Positions 1 to 7,372 of a stretch of DNA of 64,000 nucleotides are shown here, one piece after another (the stretch's first letter is position 1; each line of letters opens with the position of its first letter). The notes under the pieces were generated by a model that saw nothing but the letters and a program-made list of their open reading frames with translations, ran no database searches and was not told the origin of the DNA. This DNA comes from an uncultured Trueperaceae bacterium. GTDB taxonomy: Bacteria > Deinococcota > Deinococci > Deinococcales > Trueperaceae. The stretch lies in NCBI GenBank assembly GCA_913057165.1, contig CAJXNS010000001.1:22303-86302 (forward strand). Reading direction: 5' to 3'. A program made the translations under genes and the position numbers.

Positions 1-2
1 AA

Positions 3-410
3 GGTTTCGTGACGGCGACGCTGCTGTTCTTGGTCGGTCCTCTCGCGATTGTAGGTTCGCTTCAAAGCGGTGTTTCTGGGGACCACTCGGCGCTGTTTCT
101 TAAGGGGGTGCTTGACGGGGTGGGCTCCATTGCGATGGCCGCCACGTTCGGGGTTGGGGTGGCCGTATCAGCTGTGCCAGTCCTGCTGTACCAAGGCGCC
201 ATCGCCCTGTCCGGCGCACTGCTGGCGAGCGCGTGGATCGACCCTGCCGGCGATTCGCGTCTCGTGCTCTTTAACGGCGTGGGTGGACTGATGATCGTGG
301 GGTTGGGGCTCAACATTCTTGAGGTCACGCGCATTCGCGTGGCGGATCTTCTTCCTGCGCTGGTTCTTGTCATCCCCGTTGGGGCGTTATTTGCTTGGGT
401 TTTGGCCTGA
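3..410 (+). CDS. DUF554-like integral membrane protein, C-terminal part (5' end outside window)
   Basis: The ORF is open to the window edge. It is a very hydrophobic Gly/Ala/Val/Leu-rich sequence with several TM-like segments, and it resembles YdfK/YqgA-type DUF554 proteins from memory. Confidence 0.55.
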   Translation, partial: GFVTATLLFLVGPLAIVGSLQSGVSGDHSALFLKGVLDGVGSIAMAATFGVGVAVSAVPVLLYQGAIALSGALLASAWIDPAGDSRLVLFNGVGGLMIVGLGLNILEVTRIRVADLLPALVLVIPVGALFAWVLA

Positions 411-417
411 CGGCTTG

Positions 418-426
418 TGCTAGCCT
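418..426 (+). promoter_or_regulatory. Extended -10 box TGCTAGCCT of gatC, 6 nt upstream of GTG 433 (leaderless arrangement)
   Basis: TAGCCT at 421-426 fits TAnnnT and is preceded by TGc. The spacer is CACAGC and there is no SD. The identical 10-mer GTGCTAGCCT occurs at 5511-5520 with the same geometry. Confidence 0.55.
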
Positions 427-432
427 CACAGC

Positions 433-729
433 GTGAAATTGAAGACAAGCGACCTTGACGCCATCGCGCGTTTGGCGCGCCTTGAACTCACAGACGACGC
501 GCGCGAGCGCCTCCAAAAAGACCTCACCGAAGTGTTGACGCACATGAGTGAGATCCAGGAGGTTGACACGTCGGGACTTGAACCGCTGTTCAGGCCGGTC
601 GCCGTGGGCGACCCGTTACGCGATGACACCGTGGAAGAGGGAACTCCGCACAGTTCGGTCGGGTCCTTAGCGCAAGAGACGCAGGACGAGTTCGTCAAGG
701 TGCCACGGACGGTCGATAGCGACCCATAA
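433..729 (+). CDS. gatC: Asp-tRNA(Asn)/Glu-tRNA(Gln) amidotransferase subunit C
   Basis: 98-aa ORF with the typical GatC N-terminus (DLDAIARLARLELTDDARERLQKDLTEVLTHMSEIQEVDTSGLEP). GTG start. Confidence 0.9.
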   Translation: MKLKTSDLDAIARLARLELTDDARERLQKDLTEVLTHMSEIQEVDTSGLEPLFRPVAVGDPLRDDTVEEGTPHSSVGSLAQETQDEFVKVPRTVDSDP

Positions 730-735
730 TCGTTT

Positions 736-776
736 GGTCGCTGGTTCGCATCCAGCAGGGACCACCTTTTGTTTTT
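736..776 (+). terminator. Intrinsic terminator after gatC
   Basis: Stem GGTCGCTGG (736-744) pairs with CCAGC-AGG-GACC (752-763) around loop TTCGCAT. It is followed by ACCTTTTGTTTTTG. Confidence 0.6.
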
Positions 777-1177
777 GCGTCCTCGAAGGTACTTTGGCGG
801 CTAGGCTTGTTTAGTGCTTACGGCAGTTTTTGTGTTTGGTGTGCGAGTTGGTGTGCTGCATTGATTTATGCGCCGTCACCCCAGTCCAGGCGGTGGTTAC
901 TGTCTGTCCATTCCCTCGTAACTGCGTCTGAGTTTGTTGGCATTAATTTAATGTCGGTGATAGCTAAGTCCGATGAATTGTGATCGAAAGCCAATGTCCC
1001 TTGGGACGTGCTTGCAATCAGCTCCTGCGGTCAATCATATAGCCAGATATAGCCAGGTTGTTGGCGTGGGTTCCGTGACGCTTGATCGTTATTTGGGTGG
1101 TTCTAATGATAGTGGCGGAACACGGTTGGATGCAACCATGCAATAGAGCAGCCAGGCTTCTTTGTGTTTGCGGTCTA

Positions 1178-2353
1178 TTATGGGCAGCTTGCGCCCCAGT
1201 TTGGTTTTCGTACCTGATTCCATTCTGTAGAAGTATCCCTATCAAAACCCACCGGCTTGAGCGGCTTTGAAGAAAGCTCTGAAACACACCAATTGCTGAT
1301 GTCTTGACTAAAACTATCTGCATTGTTGAACATCCAAAGCATGTCTGTTACTGCTCCGGTGTCCCAGTTGCCGATCGGTTGGTTGAAAGTATTCGCGCCG
1401 GAGAACATGTGGTTCATCAATTTGACGGCGATGGTGTCCCAGTCGCCGATAGGTTGGTTAAAAGCACTCGCGCCAAAGAACATGTAACCCATGTTTTCAA
1501 CTTGGCTCGTGTCCCATGAGCCGATAGGTTGATTGAAAGCACTCGCGCCAAAGAACATGGAACCCATGTTTTCAACTTGGCTCGTGTCCCATTCGCCGAT
1601 AGATTGATTGAAAGCATCCGCGTTAAAGAACATGTACGACATGTCGTCAACGATGCTGGTGTCCCAGTGGCTGATATCTCCGTCGAAATTGGTTTTGTTT
1701 TCAAACATATTTGACATATCGGTAATGCCACTGGTGCATGTCCTGGCGGGGTCAATGGTGTCTATGTCTATTTCGGCTTTAGTACGTTTGGTGTACGCGA
1801 TTGCATTTTGGCCGTCTAAGGCGATATCGCCAGTGCCGCCTGGTTGGGCATCTTCGCATTTAATGGTGACGCCGTTTTCATGAATGTAGAAGCCGTTCGT
1901 AGTGGTGCGTTTGATGGTGAGTGTGTCGGTGAGGGGTTCGCCGTCAAGTGTGGCGGTAAGGGTGATGTCGCCTTTGCCAAGGGGTTTGTAGGTGGCGGTG
2001 TAGGTGCCGTCACGGTGGTTGGTGATTTCGCTGACGTCACCTGCAGGTGCGTTGATAGTGACCGTGCCATCGCTCCCGTAGAATGGTTCACCGTCCTGAT
2101 CTCGTAATTGAATGGTAACGGTGGTTGCGTCAATACCGTCACTCGTGACGGTGGTTTTGCCAGCGGTGATGGTGCTTGTTTGGATGGATGCCTCTGGTGT
2201 GTTTGTCGCTCGGTTGTCGGCTGCAGGGGGTGATGTGGTGTTACTGCAGCTTGTAGTGATCAAGAGTACGAAGGTCACGACGGCGAGTAGCAAACGTCCC
2301 GTTGGCGGGATTGGTTGAGTGTCTTGCGAATGCTTTGTGTTGCCGCTTTGCAT
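1178..2353 (-). CDS. Lipoprotein with invasin-type Ig (Big_1-like) domain and about 6 DUF285/BspA-type 25-aa repeats
   Basis: Signal peptide with a Cys at residue 36 (LLITTSC). A Big_1-like segment reads TVTSDGIDATTVTIQLRDQDGEP...TLTATLDGEPL. Repeats follow the pattern F.gA.aFNQpIg.WDTS.V.nM..MF. G+C is about 47%, well below the neighbours. Confidence 0.8.
   Translation of the reverse strand: MQSGNTKHSQDTQPIPPTGRLLLAVVTFVLLITTSCSNTTSPPAADNRATNTPEASIQTSTITAGKTTVTSDGIDATTVTIQLRDQDGEPFYGSDGTVTINAPAGDVSEITNHRDGTYTATYKPLGKGDITLTATLDGEPLTDTLTIKRTTTNGFYIHENGVTIKCEDAQPGGTGDIALDGQNAIAYTKRTKAEIDIDTIDPARTCTSGITDMSNMFENKTNFDGDISHWDTSIVDDMSYMFFNADAFNQSIGEWDTSQVENMGSMFFGASAFNQPIGSWDTSQVENMGYMFFGASAFNQPIGDWDTIAVKLMNHMFSGANTFNQPIGNWDTGAVTDMLWMFNNADSFSQDISNWCVSELSSKPLKPVGFDRDTSTEWNQVRKPNWGASCP
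1286..1720 (-). repeat. In-frame tandem 75-bp (25-aa) coding repeats, about 5.7 units
   Basis: A 30-nt identical block CCCATGTTTTCAACTTGGCTCGTGTCCCAT occurs at 1488-1517 and 1563-1592, a period of 75 nt. The protein units FFNADAFNQSIGEWDTSQVENMGSM and FFGASAFNQPIGSWDTSQVENMGYM are near-identical. Confidence 0.85.
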
Positions 2354-2359
2354 TCAAAC

Positions 2360-2365
2360 ACTGTA
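2360..2365 (-). promoter_or_regulatory. -10 box TACAGT, 6 nt upstream of ATG 2353 (leaderless arrangement)
   Basis: The minus strand reads TTGTACAGT-GTTTGA-ATG. No SD is present. Confidence 0.5.
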
Positions 2366-2630
2366 CAAATATTTTTTGGTGAACGCAAAATGAGTTAGAG
2401 ACGTTTGGTGCGTGCCTGTTCTCGCGTACGGATTCGTCGTTGACTCCATGTTGTGAGCGGTTGTTTGGTGTGCAGGTGATCTGCAAATTGGCGTGTGGTG
2501 GGGGGCGCCTGATTTGTTTAGGCTGCTTAAGTTCGACCAGTATACGCGTGTGAGGCGTGTGAGCTGGTTCGTGGTTGCTTGGTTTGGTTATGGGATTGGA
2601 AAATAGCTGAAGCGCACCAAACCTGCACCC

Positions 2631-3908
2631 TTATCCGAGTGTGGTGCTGCCCACCCGTTCTTGAAGCACATCGGGCACATGCAGGTCCCCGTCTGGATCG
2701 CCGTAAGTTTCGATCAGGGCTGCGAATGTTCGCGGAAGCGCCAGCGCGCTGCCGTTGAGGGTATGCACGTGTGCTGTGCTTCCAGAACCCGACGCACCGC
2801 CCGGCCTGGCTCGGGTTTGCAGCCGGCGGGCCTGGAAATCCCCAAGAAGGCTGATGCTGCTGACCTCAAGGAAGCGTTCCTGCCCAGGGCTCCACACCTC
2901 CAGATCGTAGGTCTTCGTTTGCGTGAAACCCATATCGCCCGTGCATAACAGCAGACGCCGGTAGCGAAGTCCGAGACCGTCAAGCATCCGCTCGGCGGTT
3001 TGCGTCATCGTTTCAAGCATGTTGTGTCCCTCGTCTGGGGCGACAAACGCGACCATCTCAACCTTGTCGAATTGGTGCACACGGTTTAAGCCACGCACGT
3101 CTTTGCCGTAACTGCCCGCTTCGCGCCTAAAGCACGGGGTAAGGGCGGTGTAACGAATGGGAAGCTGGTTCGCGTCAAGAATCTCGTCGCGGTGGAGGTT
3201 GGTAAGGGCAACCTCGGACGTCGGAATGAGAAAAAAGCCATCATCAACGCCGTACATTTGGCCTTCTTTGTCAGGAAGCTGACCGGTCGCGCGGGCGCTC
3301 GTTTCGTTGGCCAAAAGCGGCACGCGCATCTCGGTGAACCCCTCTTCCACCAGCGTGTCAAGGAAGAACCCTTCAAGGGCACGCTGCAGTCTGACGCCGT
3401 TGCCACGGATGACGGGAAAGCCGGCGCCGGCTAGTTTGGTGCCAGCATCAAGGTCCAGCCATCCACGCTCGCCCATCCACTCCCAGTGGGGCTTGGCGGC
3501 CTCATGGGGAGAATGACCCGAGCGTTCGTGCACCACCACACTGTCGGCTTCAGTGGTGCCGTCTGGCACGGAGTCATCGGGCAGGTTGGGTAGCTCCAGG
3601 AGGGCTTGTTCACGTTTCGTTGCCAACTCGCGTTCGTGGTCTTTCAACCGTTTAACGTCGCTTGACAGACCTCCCATGGCATCAAGAAGCGCCTGGGCGT
3701 CTTCACCCTGGCGCTTCAGTTCACCAATGCGTTTGCTATTCGCGTTCAGCTCCGCTTGCTTGGCCTCAAGTTCACGCCGGATTTCGGCATGCGCCGCATC
3801 GTTCGTGAGGAAGGCGTCCAACCAGTGTTCAGCGTCGGTGAAGCCTTTGCGGTTGAGTTGCTCCCGGACATGGTCGGGATCCTGGCGAATGAGGGTCGCA
3901 TCGAGCAT
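2631..3908 (-). CDS. serS: Seryl-tRNA synthetase
   Basis: 425 aa with the N-terminal coiled-coil arm (MLDATLIRQDPDHVREQLNRKG...) and a class II core (FRREAGSYGKDVRGLNRVHQFDKVE). Confidence 0.95.
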   Translation of the reverse strand: MLDATLIRQDPDHVREQLNRKGFTDAEHWLDAFLTNDAAHAEIRRELEAKQAELNANSKRIGELKRQGEDAQALLDAMGGLSSDVKRLKDHERELATKREQALLELPNLPDDSVPDGTTEADSVVVHERSGHSPHEAAKPHWEWMGERGWLDLDAGTKLAGAGFPVIRGNGVRLQRALEGFFLDTLVEEGFTEMRVPLLANETSARATGQLPDKEGQMYGVDDGFFLIPTSEVALTNLHRDEILDANQLPIRYTALTPCFRREAGSYGKDVRGLNRVHQFDKVEMVAFVAPDEGHNMLETMTQTAERMLDGLGLRYRRLLLCTGDMGFTQTKTYDLEVWSPGQERFLEVSSISLLGDFQARRLQTRARPGGASGSGSTAHVHTLNGSALALPRTFAALIETYGDPDGDLHVPDVLQERVGSTTLG

Positions 3909-3913
3909 GCAGC

Positions 3914-3919
3914 AGCGTA
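3914..3919 (-). promoter_or_regulatory. -10 box TACGCT (GGTACGCT), 5 nt upstream of serS ATG 3908
   Basis: The minus strand reads TTAGGTACGCT-GCTGC-ATG. No SD is present. Confidence 0.5.
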
Positions 3920-3947
3920 CCTAACGCAAACCGGGAACGGTCGACCT

Positions 3948-5429
3948 TCAGGGCAGATTCCCGACCCATCTCTGCGTAATGGGGACCAACGGGTTGGCTT
4001 CGGCCATCACGAGATCTGTATGCGCGTAACGCTGAAAGACGAGCCGGGTCAGCAGATCACCCGCTCGCGAGTGCGCGTAAGCATCCAGGACCCGGCTATC
4101 CCGCAACAAGCCGCGGTCTGAACCGATCATGAGGGTCGGCACCGTCACCTCAGCGGTCGGGACCAAGCGAGGATCGTCGTTTTGCGTCACGTTCGCTGGG
4201 ACGGTCGCGAGGTCCCGAAGCAAAGCCGTCGGTTCGAACCACGTCGCCCCGTCCGCATCGGCGGTTGACCAAGCCTCCATGAAGGTGGCGGGGTCGGTGC
4301 GTTCTTCTTCGCGGTCACCACGTACCCACTCGACACGCTCGGCGCCCTCAAGGACCCCGACCACGCTTGCGCTTTGCGTTGCCCAGCCACCGGACAGGAG
4401 GAATCCGAACAGGTTCCCATCCAAATCCGCCTCAGCCACCTCGCCGATGGTGACCGTGCCCGTCCGTGCAGGATCGTATTGCGAGTCGATGAGGATGCCT
4501 GCGTAACCGAGGGTACTCACCGGGAAGTCGGTAATGCCGTCTGGAAGGTCGGCGTCAGCATCTTCAGCAGCTAGCCATGCGGCGGCGTACCTTTCGACGG
4601 TGCGGCGTACCGCACGCTCTCCTGGGAGCCATAGGGGCGCGCGATCTTCGGCAGCTTGGGGTGCTTCCTCGTCGGCCCGAACCTGGTCGTCCCAGCCGTC
4701 TAGCAGGTTGCCAAACGCCCCTGTGCGTCCAGGTGCACCATCAATGAACACCATGCCGTCTAGCTGGGTGCCCCCTGGGCCGTCGGGGAAGCGCCACCCG
4801 GCGTACACGCCAGCAAGGGCGGCTCCCATGGAATGACCGACCAACACCACACGGTCACCGTCCGCCCGGGCTTCGGTGACGACGTGGTGAAGGTCGCGCA
4901 GGTGCACATCAAGGTCCCAATGCCGGACGTAAGGATGTGCCTCTTCATCAGGAAGCGCGAACGCGTCCGCTGAACTTGGTTCGCGCAGGTACGCGACAAC
5001 CGCTTCACGGTCCCCATTACGCGTGGCGCTATGGTCTTCAAGAAGGTTGGATCTTCGGTCGACGACCCACACCTCTGAAGCCGGATCGCTGCGCACCATT
5101 TGTTGCGCCCAAGGAGCAAACGAGCCTGCACCACCAAACAACCCAGGCAGCGCCACATAGATCGTTTCTGGCCGGTCCGACGGGGTTTCTATGGACCAGC
5201 GAACCACGGGGGACGCGTTGAACGCGTCCGGTGTCTGCGGAGCGGCGTAGCCTGTTACCAGCGTACGTTCCGCTTGGATTTGCTGGGTGGTTTGTAGCCC
5301 TGCCGCCGTGCGTGTAACAGGTTCGGGACCGGTCCAAACCTGCGGCGCGCAACCTACCGCCAGAAGTCCGGCGCCCGCCAGCGAAAGTGCAAGTCGATGG
5401 AATGTTCGGGGTGCGTTAAGGAAAGCCAT
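3948..5429 (-). CDS. Secreted or lipid-anchored alpha/beta-fold serine hydrolase
   Basis: 493 aa. The signal peptide ends LLAVGC. The nucleophile elbow reads VVLVGHSMGAAL (GxSxG). Confidence 0.7.
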   Translation of the reverse strand: MAFLNAPRTFHRLALSLAGAGLLAVGCAPQVWTGPEPVTRTAAGLQTTQQIQAERTLVTGYAAPQTPDAFNASPVVRWSIETPSDRPETIYVALPGLFGGAGSFAPWAQQMVRSDPASEVWVVDRRSNLLEDHSATRNGDREAVVAYLREPSSADAFALPDEEAHPYVRHWDLDVHLRDLHHVVTEARADGDRVVLVGHSMGAALAGVYAGWRFPDGPGGTQLDGMVFIDGAPGRTGAFGNLLDGWDDQVRADEEAPQAAEDRAPLWLPGERAVRRTVERYAAAWLAAEDADADLPDGITDFPVSTLGYAGILIDSQYDPARTGTVTIGEVAEADLDGNLFGFLLSGGWATQSASVVGVLEGAERVEWVRGDREEERTDPATFMEAWSTADADGATWFEPTALLRDLATVPANVTQNDDPRLVPTAEVTVPTLMIGSDRGLLRDSRVLDAYAHSRAGDLLTRLVFQRYAHTDLVMAEANPLVPITQRWVGNLP

Positions 5430-5435
5430 ACACGT

Positions 5436-5441
5436 AGGGTA
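5436..5441 (-). promoter_or_regulatory. -10 box TACCCT, 6 nt upstream of ATG 5429 (leaderless arrangement)
   Basis: The minus strand reads CGCCTACCCT-ACGTGT-ATG. No SD is present. Confidence 0.5.
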
Positions 5442-5511
5442 GGCGGTTGGCGACGCCGTCCATGCGTTGTGCCCAACATGCCCCGTAGCACGGTTGGTTC
5501 TAAGGCTCGCG

Positions 5512-5520
5512 TGCTAGCCT
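5512..5520 (+). promoter_or_regulatory. Extended -10 box TGCTAGCCT, 6 nt upstream of GTG 5527 (leaderless arrangement)
   Basis: The 10-mer GTGCTAGCCT (5511-5520) is the same as at gatC. It is overlapped by the inverted repeat TAAGGCT-N8-AGCCTTA (5501-5522). Confidence 0.55.
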
Positions 5521-5526
5521 TAGCGC

Positions 5527-6225
5527 GTGGCCGAAGTCATGGAATACCGGCTCGAGTCGCGACGTGGCGCACTCGGTCGAATGGTGGTCCGGGAAGAGAC
5601 CCAAGGGGACTCCGTCCGGGTTGAATCGGAGACCGAGTGGTCGTCGGCTGCTTGGAATAAGCGCATGCTGCTGCTGAGTCGCTCCGATGCGCAAACGTTT
5701 GAAAGCCAAGAATTCCGCGAAATTGAGCGGGATCCACAAGGTGAACGTAAGTCCATCTTTCGGTTTGATCACGACAACGGTGTCGTCAAGCTGAAACGCA
5801 GTTCCGGCGAAGTGGCGGATGCTCCTCTGCTGGAAGGTTACGCAGACCCCCTCTCCATGCTGTTGCGCCTTCGTCATGCAGGGCGTGACATGGAGCGGCT
5901 GAGAATCCCGATGATCGGCAAGACGGTTGAAGCACGTTTCGTCAGCGAACGCGAGATTGACACTCCGGTCGGCTCGTTTCACGCTCGTGCTTACCGGATC
6001 GTGCCCGGTTCGCACCTGGTTTGGGTGGCCGACAAGGCCCCGCACGCGGTCGTCAAGTTTGCGCAGTGGACGCCCAACGGACCTATTGAAGGCACGCTGG
6101 ACCGACTGGCAACGGAACAACGCCTACCCCTGTGGGAGCAAGAGAAAAAACCGGGTCGGCGTCGGCGCGGCCGGCGGCGGCGCCGACCCAAGTCGTCACG
6201 GTCCAACAACCGTTCAGACAACTAA
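5527..6225 (+). CDS. Hypothetical protein (possibly DUF3108-like) with an oligo-arginine C-terminal tail
   Basis: 232-aa ORF with balanced composition and no signal peptide. The tail reads KKPGRRRRGRRRRRPKSSRSNNRSDN. The promoter geometry supports the GTG start. The domain assignment is only a weak recollection. Confidence 0.6.
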   Translation: MAEVMEYRLESRRGALGRMVVREETQGDSVRVESETEWSSAAWNKRMLLLSRSDAQTFESQEFREIERDPQGERKSIFRFDHDNGVVKLKRSSGEVADAPLLEGYADPLSMLLRLRHAGRDMERLRIPMIGKTVEARFVSEREIDTPVGSFHARAYRIVPGSHLVWVADKAPHAVVKFAQWTPNGPIEGTLDRLATEQRLPLWEQEKKPGRRRRGRRRRRPKSSRSNNRSDN

Positions 6226-6235
6226 AGGCAGCGGC

Positions 6236-7360
6236 ATGACGGCGTTTCAAGAAGCGCTTGCGTGGTTGTACGGGCGCCGTCGCGATGGCGCACGACGCAC
6301 ACACCGGCGGGCAGCCAAACTCTTGGATGCTCTATCGCTCACGCCCCCGGAACGTGTGGTGCACATTGTAGGCACCAACGGTAAAGGGGAAGCTGCCGCG
6401 CGCATCGCTCGCTCGTTGGTGTACGCCGGCGAGTCCGCCATCCGCTTCACCTCACCGCATGCCCGTTCGTTCCAAGAGCGCGTGACGTTCAACGAGCAAC
6501 CGATTCGTGAGGCGGACGTGACCGATTTCGTGCTGCAGTCCCGCCCAGAAGCGGAGCGCATCAAAGCCACATTTTTTGACTTAAGCCTCGCCCTGGCCGT
6601 TTGGTTGGGGGCGAAACACGACGCGCGATGGCTGGTGGCCGAGGCGGGGGTTGGTGCCGAAGGGGACGCCACAATGGCCTTGAGGAACATCAGCATGGTG
6701 GTCGCAACGAACGTGTCAAGCGACCACGAGGCGGCCATAGGACCGGGGCTTGCCGGCATCGCAACCAACAAGAGCGCCGCCGTGCGCACCCCCGCCCCTG
6801 TGGTCTCGAGCGTGGCTTGGCCCGAGGCCGGGTTCTTTAAAGCGCGTGCAGACGCCTGCGGGGCAACGTTCATTGACGTGACAGGCGACATTGGTCCACA
6901 GGATGACGTCAACATCGCCTTAGCGGTGGCGGCCTGCCGGACGCTGGGCCTTCCGAGCGCGGCGTGCTCGCATGCCACCACACCCATCCAGCTGCCGTGC
7001 CGGTGGGAGTCGTTTCGGTTAGACGATGACAAGGACGTTGTGTTCGATGGTGCCCATAATGTCGCGTCACTGCAGCGCGCGATCGATAGGCTCAAACCTT
7101 CTGATCATGTGCTCTTCGGTGCGCAAGCACAAAAGGACGTTGCCGCGATGCTCCAAATGCTGGAACCGCGAGACAACGTGTGGACAACCGCAGTCGGTGA
7201 AGCACCCGAAGTACTTAGGCGGCACCCAAGGTTTATCGGCACACCCGAGGTGGCCTTGGCGAAGGCACTATCCGAGCTTCAAGCCGGCGAACGCTTGGTG
7301 GTCTTGGGCTCTTTCCGGCTTGTTGGCGCGTTGTCCCAGCCGTACGCGGCCGCCCCGTAA
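6236..7360 (+). CDS. folC: Folylpolyglutamate synthase / dihydrofolate synthase
   Basis: The N-terminus reads MTAFQEALAWLYG and the P-loop reads VVHIVGTNGKGEAA. The start is taken at ATG 6236, because the upstream part of the 5927 ORF overlaps the previous gene. Confidence 0.8.
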   Translation: MTAFQEALAWLYGRRRDGARRTHRRAAKLLDALSLTPPERVVHIVGTNGKGEAAARIARSLVYAGESAIRFTSPHARSFQERVTFNEQPIREADVTDFVLQSRPEAERIKATFFDLSLALAVWLGAKHDARWLVAEAGVGAEGDATMALRNISMVVATNVSSDHEAAIGPGLAGIATNKSAAVRTPAPVVSSVAWPEAGFFKARADACGATFIDVTGDIGPQDDVNIALAVAACRTLGLPSAACSHATTPIQLPCRWESFRLDDDKDVVFDGAHNVASLQRAIDRLKPSDHVLFGAQAQKDVAAMLQMLEPRDNVWTTAVGEAPEVLRRHPRFIGTPEVALAKALSELQAGERLVVLGSFRLVGALSQPYAAAP

Positions 7361-7372
7361 CCTTCCCGAGGC

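Noticed and set aside
662-766. A tRNA-like 3' end was considered. It has a T-arm GCTGG-TTCGCAT-CCAGC, then AGGGACC-A-CC. A complementary GGTCCTT lies 95 nt upstream, which raised the possibility of a tRNA gene or an att-site remnant at the edge of the low-GC islet.
   Set aside because: The candidate would span 103 nt and lie mostly inside the gatC coding sequence. I could not build a D-arm or anticodon arm. The stem is followed by a T-run, so an intrinsic terminator explains it fully. No intact tRNA lies at the other islet boundary.
1286-1720. The regular 75-bp repeats were considered as a possible CRISPR-like or non-coding array.
   Set aside because: The repeats are in frame within a long ORF and encode a recognisable 25-aa protein repeat. 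There are no unique spacers.
833-2473. The 12-mer TGTTTGGTGTGC is present in both flanks of the islet (833-844 and 2462-2473). It was considered as a target-site duplication or att pair.
   Set aside because: Both flanks are G/T-rich and low-complexity on this strand, which inflates chance matches. The similarity does not extend beyond 12 nt, and no recombinase gene is present. It is reported only as a weak supporting detail.
6157-6186. The (CGN/GGC)n simple-sequence tract was considered as a possible structural or regulatory repeat.
   Set aside because: It lies in frame inside the ORF and simply encodes the oligo-Arg tail. It is discussed as a protein feature instead.
5927-6235. A 103-codon upstream extension of folC overlaps the 3' half of the preceding gene.
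   Set aside because: The extension is Arg/Ser/Pro/Thr-rich and is read in an alternative frame of a better-supported gene. The typical FolC N-terminus begins at ATG 6236.
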